The position numbers and the translations under genes are program-made. DNA of 32,000 nt from Candidatus Nitrosopumilus koreensis AR1 (lineage in GTDB: Archaea; Thermoproteota; Nitrososphaeria; Nitrososphaerales; Nitrosopumilaceae): NCBI RefSeq assembly GCF_000299365.1, contig NC_018655.1, forward strand, positions 240,001 to 272,000, given 5' to 3'. Positions 9,103 through 17,267 of the stretch are shown one piece after another. How positions within the stretch are numbered: position 1 is the first letter of the stretch; each line of letters opens with the position of its first letter. The notes below the pieces were generated by a model. That model searched no databases, was not told where the DNA came from, and saw only the letters and a list, made by a program, of their open reading frames with translations.

Positions 9103-9709
9103 TAGTCCATCAAATACAAGTTGGAAACATGCAAAATTTTTCTTACATTGTTGAGGATGAAGACACAAGTGAATCTATCATAATTGATCCATCTTGGGAT
9201 CTTATTGAATTGGAGATGATAATTAAAAAAATAATTTAAAAATAAAATACATTGTAAACACTCATCATCATTTTGATCATACTATTGGAAATGAAGCCAT
9301 GGCTGAATCTACTAAAGCTCCTATTATTCAACATGAAAATTCAGAATTAAAACATGATATTACTGTAAAAGATGGAGATGTAATTGAATTTGGAAATTCA
9401 AAACTAAAAGTTATTCATACTCCTGGTCATTCAAAGGACAGTATTTGTTTGATAGGTGATGGAAAAATTTTTTCAGGTGATACTTTGTTTGTAGGAAATT
9501 GTGGTCGTATTGATTTGCCTGGTGGTAGTGCAAAGGAACTCTATCATAGTCTGTTTGATATTCTTTATTCATTAGATGATAATTTGGTTCTGTATTCTGG
9601 GCACAATTATGGTCATTCAGAGACATCTACAATAGGGCAAGAAAAAATGACAAACATGGTCATGCAAAAACGTACTGAACAACAATTTCTTGATATGATG
9701 GGTCAGTGA
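9099..9709 (+). CDS. Metallo-beta-lactamase fold hydrolase (glyoxalase II-like), reading frame interrupted near 9225-9236
   Basis: ATG at 9099 overlaps the nnrE stop (ATGA). Frame 0 gives MIVHQIQVGNMQNFSYIVEDEDTSESIIIDPSWDLIELEMIIKKII*. The -1 frame, open from about 9227, gives K-NNLKIKYIVNTHHHFDHTIGNEAMAESTK..., joining ORF 9299..9709. The THHHFDH and TPGHSKDS metal-binding motifs are only complete if the frames are joined. Confidence 0.85.
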
Positions 9710-9713
9710 TCTG

Positions 9714-10772
9714 TTGGAAGATTTTGAATTATCTGGAAATGTTAATCTGGCTCAAACCTTTATAGATTCTGTAAAATCCGGCAGGACCCTTTTTTCGTTT
9801 GTTATATCATATACAGAAACATCTGAAATTCCTGGAATAACTTTTGCTGGTGCTGATAAGGATTCGATTCAGTTTACTCCTCCAGCTGACGCAGAATATT
9901 TGCATTATGGATATTGTAAAACTATTGACAAAATTCCAATGACTCCTGATGGAAAACCTACCCCTGGTTTGTTAACTAAAACCGCTCTAGAATCTGCAAG
10001 TATTTCTCATCTGACAATTAATGCTGGAAGTAAAATCGTACCCAAATTACCTTTTATTGAATCAGGTTTGCCTTTTGGAAAAAATATATCAATTCAAGAT
10101 GCTATGACTGATTCTATAGTTTCTCATGCAGTTGAATATGGACAAATTCTTGGAAGAAGTTTGGCATCATTGACTGATTGTTTGGTGATTGGTGAATGTA
10201 TTCCTGGTGGAACTACAACTGCTTTGGCTTTACTAAAAGCGTTTGATTATGATGCTAAAGTAAGCTCAAGCATACCTGATAATCCTGTTGAATTAAAGAA
10301 CCGAATTGTAACGTCTGCTCTTGAAAGAATAGATTCTGATCATCCCTATAGTATTGTTGCAAAAGTTGGTGATCCTATGATTCCATTTGTTGCAGGAATG
10401 CTGAGCTCTGCTTCTAGCATATCTAAAGTGATGTTGGCCGGTGGAACACAAATGGCTGCTGTTTTGGCCTTTGCATCCAAAATTGGATTTAATGAAGAAA
10501 ACACTGCAATTGGAACTACATCTTATATCACAAATGATAAAACTGCAAATTTCAAAGAACTTGTTCAAAATATTGCAGACATTCCTATAATTTCTGTAGA
10601 TCCAGGTATGAAAAACTCAAAATTTTCTGGACTGAAGGCCTTTTCTGAGGGATTCGCAAAAGAAGGTGTGGGAGCAGGTGGTAGTATTATTTCTTCGATG
10701 CTAAAAACTGGAAATAACTCTGAAAAATTTTTGGATTTGGTTGAAAAAGAATATCAAAGATTGTTTACTTGA
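9714..10772 (+). CDS. cobT: CobT-like nicotinate-nucleotide:dimethylbenzimidazole phosphoribosyltransferase (archaeal type)
   Basis: 352 aa; Gly-rich GECIPGGTTTALALL, MLAGGTQMAAVLAFA, and EGVGAGG near the C-terminus. TTG start. Recognised by family resemblance only. Confidence 0.7.
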   Translation: MEDFELSGNVNLAQTFIDSVKSGRTLFSFVISYTETSEIPGITFAGADKDSIQFTPPADAEYLHYGYCKTIDKIPMTPDGKPTPGLLTKTALESASISHLTINAGSKIVPKLPFIESGLPFGKNISIQDAMTDSIVSHAVEYGQILGRSLASLTDCLVIGECIPGGTTTALALLKAFDYDAKVSSSIPDNPVELKNRIVTSALERIDSDHPYSIVAKVGDPMIPFVAGMLSSASSISKVMLAGGTQMAAVLAFASKIGFNEENTAIGTTSYITNDKTANFKELVQNIADIPIISVDPGMKNSKFSGLKAFSEGFAKEGVGAGGSIISSMLKTGNNSEKFLDLVEKEYQRLFT

Positions 10773-12525
10773 CTGTAACTGATTTTGCAAGATTTCTTGG
10801 ATAGTCTGGATCTGTATCTTTTTCAAGTGCTGCATAATATGATAATAATTGAATTGGAATTATCTCTGAAATTGGATACAAAACTTCGTTGATTTTTGGC
10901 ATTTCAATCCAGTAGTCATAAACATCACTTTTTACATCTGAGACCCCAATTATTTTTGCTCCACGTGCTTTGATTTCTCTTGCACTGGTAAGAGTATCTG
11001 AATAGGTTGAATCATTTGGATTTAGAATTATCACAAATACTTTGGAATCCATTAATGCAAGTGGTCCGTGTTTTAATTCTCCTCCAGCTATCCCTTCTGC
11101 ATGAATGTATGTCAATTCTTTGAGTTTTAATGCTGATTCTGTTGCAATTGGATAGTTTATTCCACGTCCTAAAATGTAAATATCTGAAACCTCTTTCAAG
11201 TCTTTTGCAATTTTCTGAATGTATGTTGGATTGTCCAATGTTTTTGAAATAGATTTTGCGAAATCTTCAAAATCAATTGTTATGTCATTATTGCTTAACC
11301 TCTGCACGATTTTGTATAATATTACAAGTTGTGACGTGAAACTCTTTGTTGCGGCCACTCCAATTTCTGGACCACAATTCAAACCAATTACGACATCTGC
11401 CTCTCGTGCAAGTGAAGATGTCAATAAATTAACAATTCCAATAATTTTGCAATTTGTATTTTTTGCAATTTTTACTGCTTCTAAGACATCTGCACTCTCT
11501 CCGCTTTGGGATATTGCAATTAGAATAGAATTTTCTTCAATGGCATTTGGTGAAAATTGAAGTTCACTGGCCATAATTGGTTCAGCCTTGATTTTTACAT
11601 ATTTTGACAGAATCTGCTTTGCAATTAATGCTGAATTGTAACTTGTCCCACTTCCAGTTATGTAGATATTTTTAGCATGTTTGATGTAATCTGTTGCTTT
11701 TTCAATAGCATCACTAGTTTTTTCCCCTGCTTTCAAAATTGTTTCGGGCTGCTCGTAAATTTCTTTTAGTGTGAAATGCGCATAATCTCCTTTGTATGCA
11801 TCTCCAAATTCTCTTGAAACTTTAGTAATTTCGTATTTTGTTTGTTCTCCGCCAAAATCTAAAATTTCTAATTTGTTTTTGTCTAGTATTACAAAGGTTC
11901 CATTCTCCATGTAAATAGCGTTATCCGTAAACTCGATGAATCCTAAAACATCACTTGACAAAAAGAAATCTTCTTTTCCTACTCCTATAATTAATGGTTC
12001 ATGAAATCTTGCAGCTGCTATTTGACCCTTTTCAAACATTGCAACAAATGCATAATGTCCTTTTAGTTCTGAAACTGTTTTTTGAATTGCCTCTTTGACG
12101 TTATTTGATTGTTCATAATTTTTTTGAAGTACATTTGCAATAATCTCGCTGTCTGTTTCACTTTTGAAAACATATCCATCGCTTTCTAATTGTTTTTTCA
12201 AATCCTCAAAATTTTCTATAATTCCATTATGTACAATTGCAATTTTGCCTGAGTTACTAGGATGTGGGTGGGCATTTACCTCTGTGACTTTTCCATGTGT
12301 TGCCCATCTAGTATGGCCTATTCCAATTTTTCCCGGCAATGTTTCTAACTGAACTTTTGAATTTACCTCGTGTACTTTTCCAATACCTTTTTTCAGCTCA
12401 ATCTGATTTTCTGATTCTGTTGCAACTCCTACACTGTCATACCCTCTGTATTCCATTCTCTTTAGCCCTTTTACGATAATGGGTGCTGCAACCTCATTTC
12501 CATAATAACCGATAATTGAACACAT
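10765..12525 (-). CDS. glmS: Glutamine-fructose-6-phosphate aminotransferase (isomerizing)
   Basis: MCSIIGYYGNEVAAPIIVKGLKRMEYRGYDSVGVA (Ntn Cys2), TRWATHGKVTEVNAHPH, and two SIS domains ending in NLAKSVTVK. Confidence 0.96.
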   Translation of the reverse strand: MCSIIGYYGNEVAAPIIVKGLKRMEYRGYDSVGVATESENQIELKKGIGKVHEVNSKVQLETLPGKIGIGHTRWATHGKVTEVNAHPHPSNSGKIAIVHNGIIENFEDLKKQLESDGYVFKSETDSEIIANVLQKNYEQSNNVKEAIQKTVSELKGHYAFVAMFEKGQIAAARFHEPLIIGVGKEDFFLSSDVLGFIEFTDNAIYMENGTFVILDKNKLEILDFGGEQTKYEITKVSREFGDAYKGDYAHFTLKEIYEQPETILKAGEKTSDAIEKATDYIKHAKNIYITGSGTSYNSALIAKQILSKYVKIKAEPIMASELQFSPNAIEENSILIAISQSGESADVLEAVKIAKNTNCKIIGIVNLLTSSLAREADVVIGLNCGPEIGVAATKSFTSQLVILYKIVQRLSNNDITIDFEDFAKSISKTLDNPTYIQKIAKDLKEVSDIYILGRGINYPIATESALKLKELTYIHAEGIAGGELKHGPLALMDSKVFVIILNPNDSTYSDTLTSAREIKARGAKIIGVSDVKSDVYDYWIEMPKINEVLYPISEIIPIQLLSYYAALEKDTDPDYPRNLAKSVTVK

Positions 12526-12564
12526 GACTATTCTATCTGAAATTGGGGTTATTTACTGATAAGC

Positions 12565-13188
12565 CTAACTATTCTTCTCTTCTGTTGAAGAACTATCATC
12601 TTTTGGTTTTTCAGCAGATGTTTCTGTGGTTTCAGTTGCTGTCTCTTCAGTAGATTCCACTGCTTCTTCAACTGGAGTTTCAGTTTTTGTTTTTTCTAGC
12701 ATTTCTGGAATTTTTGATTCTGGTGCGAAATGAACACTATTCTCCTCTTCTACTGTAACTGTATATGATGGAATGTCCACCTTTCTTTCACCAATCATGA
12801 TGTGACCATGAATTACCGCTTGTCTTGCTTGATATGGAGTTTTGAATCCTAGTTTTTTTGTAACAATAGTTTGTAATCTTCTTGAAAGTAAATCTTCTGC
12901 ATTCAAATTCAATACATCATCCAATGTTGCATCTGCACTAACTAGTCCTATTCTTGCTAATGATTTCATTAGAATTGGTTCTTTCTCTGCTCTGATTTCT
13001 TGTCCTAAAGCAAGTAATGACCTTGCTTGGTGTCTCACTCTGGATAATTCAGTATGTGCTTTCCATAATTCCCTTTTAGTTCTTAATCCAAATGTTCCAA
13101 GAGTTTTCAACTCTTCCATTTTTAATTCATAATTGAGAGGTCTCTTTGGTTTTCTCCAATTTCTACGTGGATATTTTGGATCTCCCAT
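12565..13188 (-). CDS. rps4: 30S ribosomal protein S4 with acidic, Thr/Glu/Ser-rich C-terminal tail
   Basis: MGDPKYPRRNWRKPKRPLNYELKMEELKTLGTFGLRTKRELW, the S4 domain ...RRLQTIVTKKLGFKTPYQARQAVIHGHIMIGERKVDIPSYTVTVEEE, then a low-complexity tail. Confidence 0.94.
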   Translation of the reverse strand: MGDPKYPRRNWRKPKRPLNYELKMEELKTLGTFGLRTKRELWKAHTELSRVRHQARSLLALGQEIRAEKEPILMKSLARIGLVSADATLDDVLNLNAEDLLSRRLQTIVTKKLGFKTPYQARQAVIHGHIMIGERKVDIPSYTVTVEEENSVHFAPESKIPEMLEKTKTETPVEEAVESTEETATETTETSAEKPKDDSSSTEEKNS

Positions 13189-13197
13189 TCAAAACAC

Positions 13198-13779
13198 CTA
13201 TTCTTTTTTCTCCGCTGGAGCTTTTTCTGTTGCGGGAGCTGCTGCAGCTGCTGGAGATGTTTCTGCTGCGGGAGCTGCTGCAGCTGCTGGTGCGTCAGAT
13301 GATTTCTTTGCGGGAGCTGCCATGCCACCTTTTGCAACACCTACTGCTCCTCCTTTTCTACCAGATGTTCTTGTTCTCTGACCTCTTACCTTGAGACCAC
13401 TAAGATGACGATAACCTCTCCAACTTGCGGTGATTCTTTCTCTTTCAATATCGTTTCTTAATGTAAATGGAATATCTGATGTTAACAAATGTAAATTGGT
13501 CCCTGTCTCAATATCTTTTCTTCTATTAAGGAACCATGCTGGAAAATTACCTTCAATTGGGTTTGAGATTAATTTTTCAATTGCTTGAACATTTTCCTCA
13601 GAAAGGTGGCCTATGTTAGAATTTGAATCAATTTTTAATGTATCTAGAATTGCTGTGGCAAAATTATACCCTATGCCCTTGATCTGGGTTAACCCTACAA
13701 GCATTTTCCTTTCTCCTGGGATATCATTTCCCACAATCCTGACAATGTGTCTATATTCTTGAGTGCTCAAGTATTCCAA
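13198..13779 (-). CDS. rps13: 30S ribosomal protein S13 with Ala/Pro-rich C-terminal tail
   Basis: [36 protein letters not shown]...[25 protein letters not shown], then [40 protein letters not shown]. Confidence 0.94.
   Translation of the reverse strand: MEYLSTQEYRHIVRIVGNDIPGERKMLVGLTQIKGIGYNFATAILDTLKIDSNSNIGHLSEENVQAIEKLISNPIEGNFPAWFLNRRKDIETGTNLHLLTSDIPFTLRNDIERERITASWRGYRHLSGLKVRGQRTRTSGRKGGAVGVAKGGMAAPAKKSSDAPAAAAAPAAETSPAAAAAPATEKAPAEKKE
13231..13290. repeat. Short tandem repeat within the rps13 tail: two perfect 24-bp copies at 36-bp period plus a partial third (about 13310)
   Basis: TGCGGGAGCTGCTGCAGCTGCTGG at 13231-13254 and 13267-13290; GCGGGAGCTGCC at about 13310-13321. Confidence 0.85.
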
Positions 13780-13878
13780 AATTCAAAGAAACCCCGATAA
13801 AAACCATGCTAGGCACCGTTTTGGGTAATTTCTGGTATGTTTTGCATACAACGCTTGATTGAGATCGTTTACATCATT

Positions 13879-14031
13879 TTATCTAAAGTCTTTGTCTTCT
13901 GTCCAATCATTACCTTGAACATTCCATTGATTGCATTGGCAGCACTTTTTCACGCCTCGCTGAGCATCAATATCTATACAAAAACAGTGTTCTCCTTTCC
14001 CTGATGGATCATTTTCACATAATTTTTGCAT
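13879..14031 (-). CDS. Small Cys-rich (possible zinc-ribbon) 50-aa ORF
   Basis: Below the ORF-track size cut-off. Reverse-strand translation: MQKLCENDPSGKGEHCFCIDIDAQRGVKKCCQCNQWNVQGNDWTEDKDFR*, with six Cys including CFC and CCQC pairs. Confidence 0.5.
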   Translation of the reverse strand: MQKLCENDPSGKGEHCFCIDIDAQRGVKKCCQCNQWNVQGNDWTEDKDFR

Positions 14032-14114
14032 ACTTCGATATGTGGGCTTTTTTCTTAATTATCTTATTGGCTACTTGAAAAGTTATAACTTTCTATATTG
14101 TCATTTTTATTGAA

Positions 14115-14423
14115 ATGACTGATTCCTTTGATCGCGAAAAAGTTGTAGATTGTATGTTTGATCCAGTGACTTCTTTAATTTTAGCAGAACTAGAAGAAGG
14201 TGAAAAATCCTGTTCATTTTTGGCAAAACAAGCTTCTATTCCTGAATCTGAAGTATTGGAAAGATTATCTTATTTGATAGAACATGAATTTATCTTCAAA
14301 ACTACTGCTAGTGAAACTATGTTGTCTGCTAATTCTGAAAAACTCAGTAGTATTGTTGAGAGTGGTGAAAATTTTGATGAAACTATCAATGGCCTTGAAA
14401 AAATGGATAGTTATCTAAATTGA
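14115..14423 (+). CDS. Small putative winged-helix/HTH protein
   Basis: DPVTSLILAELEEGEKSCSFLAKQASIPESEVLERLSYLIEHEFIFK resembles a winged-helix segment. Confidence 0.5.
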   Translation: MTDSFDREKVVDCMFDPVTSLILAELEEGEKSCSFLAKQASIPESEVLERLSYLIEHEFIFKTTASETMLSANSEKLSSIVESGENFDETINGLEKMDSYLN

Positions 14424-14918
14424 CTTCTTTTTATTTTTGACTCTATAAACTGCAGAACCTGTCAAACCAACCATTCCGATTATCAAAACATATGCTGAAA
14501 CAAAACTGAGGAATTTCTTTCCAGCATCTGGCAGTGGTCCTATTGCACCAAACACTTGAAACTCTTCATTAGAATTACTTTGTATGATCAGTTTGTAAAG
14601 ACCTGAATCACGAATATCAAACCCTTCTTCAATAGTTTCAGAATCTATGTTTTTGGATGCTATTTTATTATCAAATGGATCTAGCACTTTGGCTGAAATC
14701 ATGTTTTCTTTAAACTCCATAACTTGTACTGCAAAAACTCCTACAGATGATTTATCTGAATCAAAATCTCCTACGATCACAAGATCCTGATTTGAACTAA
14801 CAACACCATTGCCCTGAAAAACACCATCCAGAAGTATCTGATTTCCTACTGCAAGTAGGATTAACCCAATTACAATTAATGCTCCTGAAGCAATTAGGAT
14901 AATTCCTGCTTTTTGCAT
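14415..14918 (-). CDS. Hypothetical membrane-anchored protein (N- and C-terminal TM helices, extracytoplasmic domain)
   Basis: Hydrophobic N-terminus IILIASGALIVIGLILLAVG and C-terminal FLSFVSAYVLIIGMVGLTGSAVYRVKNKKKS; converges and overlaps 14115..14423 by 9 bp. Confidence 0.6.
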   Translation of the reverse strand: MQKAGIILIASGALIVIGLILLAVGNQILLDGVFQGNGVVSSNQDLVIVGDFDSDKSSVGVFAVQVMEFKENMISAKVLDPFDNKIASKNIDSETIEEGFDIRDSGLYKLIIQSNSNEEFQVFGAIGPLPDAGKKFLSFVSAYVLIIGMVGLTGSAVYRVKNKKKSI

Positions 14919-15040
14919 GATTTGGATTTTTTTTCTTTACTTTAAACCTAATTTTTTATTTAATCTTGTTTGACAAAGTTAGATTAGACTAAAAAAGTTA
15001 GCTTAGGTTAAATTTAAATAAAGAATTTGGCCTTATAGAT

Positions 15041-16099
15041 TTGTTGAAATTCAATCGCTCAAATGTAATGATTTTGCTTATTTCTATAACTGCTGTTCTT
15101 TCCACTCTTGTAGTTTTTCCAGCAATCACTGAGGCTCAGTTAGAAGAAAAAACATTTGTTACTCACTCAGGTGCTGTTGTAAGAACTTCTGGAGAAATAA
15201 TTGATCCACTTTACACTGTTTCAACAGTAGAATTTGATCCTGATGAATTTTTACGAAACTTTGAGTATGGTAGAGTGTCTTTATCTGAAACTGGTCAAAC
15301 TATCAGAGAATATACCATAATTGCAGAAGATGATGGAATACAAGAAATTTCTCCAGGTGTATTTTACAACGTTTGGACTTTTAATGGAACTGTACCTGGG
15401 CCGACAATAAGAGCAACTGAAGGTGATCTTCTTAGAATCCACTTTATCAATAACGGCTCAAAAGAGCATACGATGCATTTTCATGGTATTCATCCTGCTG
15501 GAATGGACGGTGTCTTTGAACCCGTAGGTGGAAATGGTGGGCAATTTGTTTATGAATTTGAGGCAGGTCCTGTTGGTGTACATCCTTATCATTGTCATGT
15601 CATGCCACTTGAAGAACACATTGTACATGGTCTGTATGGTGTCTTTATTGTGGATCCAAAAGAAGGACGTGCGCCTGCTGATGAAATGGTTATGGTTTTA
15701 AACGGACTTGATACTGATTTTGACACTGAAAATAATTTCTATGCTGCAAATACAATTCCATTTTATTATCAGCACCATCCAATTCAAATCAACACCAATG
15801 AATTAATTCGAGTTTATGTTGTCAACATGGTGGAGTTTGATCCAATTAACAATCTTCATTTGCATGGAAATCTGTACAAATACTATCCGACAGGAACCGA
15901 TATTGTTCCGTCATTTTATACTGATATGATAACCCTATCACAAACTGAGCGCGGAATTATGGAGTTTGAATATGACTATCCTGGAAAATATTTGTTCCAT
16001 GCACATAAGGTGGAGTTTTCAGAAAAAGGCTGGGTTGGAATTTTCCTTGTAAGGGATAATCCAACAGATAATGATCGGGAAATAGAATATGGAACTTAG
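15041..16099 (+). CDS. Secreted two-domain multicopper oxidase (laccase / NirK-like superfamily)
   Basis: Signal peptide, then EHTMHFHGIHP, HPYHCHVMPLEEHIVHGLYG, INNLHLHGNLYKYY and PGKYLFHAHKVEFSEKGWVGIF copper-site motifs. Confidence 0.9.
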   Translation: MLKFNRSNVMILLISITAVLSTLVVFPAITEAQLEEKTFVTHSGAVVRTSGEIIDPLYTVSTVEFDPDEFLRNFEYGRVSLSETGQTIREYTIIAEDDGIQEISPGVFYNVWTFNGTVPGPTIRATEGDLLRIHFINNGSKEHTMHFHGIHPAGMDGVFEPVGGNGGQFVYEFEAGPVGVHPYHCHVMPLEEHIVHGLYGVFIVDPKEGRAPADEMVMVLNGLDTDFDTENNFYAANTIPFYYQHHPIQINTNELIRVYVVNMVEFDPINNLHLHGNLYKYYPTGTDIVPSFYTDMITLSQTERGIMEFEYDYPGKYLFHAHKVEFSEKGWVGIFLVRDNPTDNDREIEYGT

Positions 16100-17267
16100 T
16101 AGTAAGTCTTCAAAGGCAAAAGTAATTGCAAGTGGAATAATTCCTTTTATTTTTGTAATTATTATGATGGCATATATTTTTGGACCAGGCGCTGATTTAC
16201 TTGATTTAGGAATTCCTCTACCTGAAATAACTATTGAAAAAGTAGAATTTGTAGATTCTGAAATCCAAGCAACTGTTAGAAACACGGGCCCTATTCCAGT
16301 CGAAGTGGTTATGGCTGACGTCAATGATAGAATTCAACCTGCGGCTGTAGAACCTGATAGGTTTCTAGAAAGATATGAAACCACACTTGTTAGAATTCCT
16401 TTTGAGTGGAATGAAGCAGAACCTTACATAATTGGAATAACGATTGATGATGGGACTAGATTTGAAAAAGAAATTGAGGCTGCAGCTCCTGCATTACATC
16501 CAACATTAGATCTTGCAGTGTTTTTTGCAATTATTGGTACATATGTTGGGATTATACCTGTAATGATTGGACTTCTTTGGTTACCTTTTATCAAAAAAAT
16601 CAGTAAATCGAAATACCATTTCTTTTTAGCTCTGACTGCTGGACTTTTACTTTTTCTAGCCTTTGATTCTATAGAAGAGGCCGTTGAAGTTTCTGATGAA
16701 AATTTAGCTGGTAGCTTTAATGGCACACTACTTGTTGCAACTGTTGTTGTTTTGGCTTTCTTGGGATTGTATTACTCTGGAGAAAAACTAGTGCAAAGGG
16801 CAAGTTCATCAAAACTTGCAAAACCTGTTGCAATAGCTCTGATGATTTCAATAGGAATTGGATTGCACAATTTTGGTGAGGGATTAGCAATTGGTGCTGC
16901 AGTCGGCCTAGGATCTATTGCATTTAGTACATTTTTGATCGTTGGATTTGCGCTTCATAACACTACCGAAGGAATTGCTATTGCAGCGCCAATGTCGAGA
17001 GGAAAACTAATGGTTGGAAAACTTGCTACTATGGGAATGATTGCTGGTGCCCCTGCAATTTTTGGCGCTTGGATGGGTGGATTTGTTTACTCCTCATTTT
17101 CATCTGTGATATTTCTTGCAATTGGTGCTGGTGCAATCTTTCAAGTCATTGTGGTGTTGATGAAATGGTTGCGAGAAGAAGGCGATAAAAATCTCTCTAG
17201 CGCACCTGTCGCATCTGGATTTGCTGTAGGAATGCTGGTGATGTATCTGACAAGCATTTTGGTCTAG
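16089..17267 (+). CDS. ZIP-family metal transporter with N-terminal TM helix and extracytoplasmic beta-rich domain
   Basis: GIGLHNFGEGLAIGAAVGLGSIAFSTFLIVGFALHNTTEGIAIAAPM is the ZIP HNxxEG signature. Overlaps the multicopper oxidase stop by 11 bp. Confidence 0.88.
   Translation: MELSSKSSKAKVIASGIIPFIFVIIMMAYIFGPGADLLDLGIPLPEITIEKVEFVDSEIQATVRNTGPIPVEVVMADVNDRIQPAAVEPDRFLERYETTLVRIPFEWNEAEPYIIGITIDDGTRFEKEIEAAAPALHPTLDLAVFFAIIGTYVGIIPVMIGLLWLPFIKKISKSKYHFFLALTAGLLLFLAFDSIEEAVEVSDENLAGSFNGTLLVATVVVLAFLGLYYSGEKLVQRASSSKLAKPVAIALMISIGIGLHNFGEGLAIGAAVGLGSIAFSTFLIVGFALHNTTEGIAIAAPMSRGKLMVGKLATMGMIAGAPAIFGAWMGGFVYSSFSSVIFLAIGAGAIFQVIVVLMKWLREEGDKNLSSAPVASGFAVGMLVMYLTSILV

Noticed and set aside
9299-9709. 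Taking ORF 9299..9709 as a complete gene
   Set aside because: It starts after the THHHFDH metal motif. The in-frame upstream sequence plus the N-terminal frame from 9099 shows it is a fragment of a frameshifted gene.
13122-13394. Three overlapping 72-82 aa ORFs on both strands around the rps4/rps13 junction
   Set aside because: They are out-of-frame readings of the low-complexity tails of S4 and S13 (Gln/Leu/Ala runs). The ribosomal ORFs explain this DNA.
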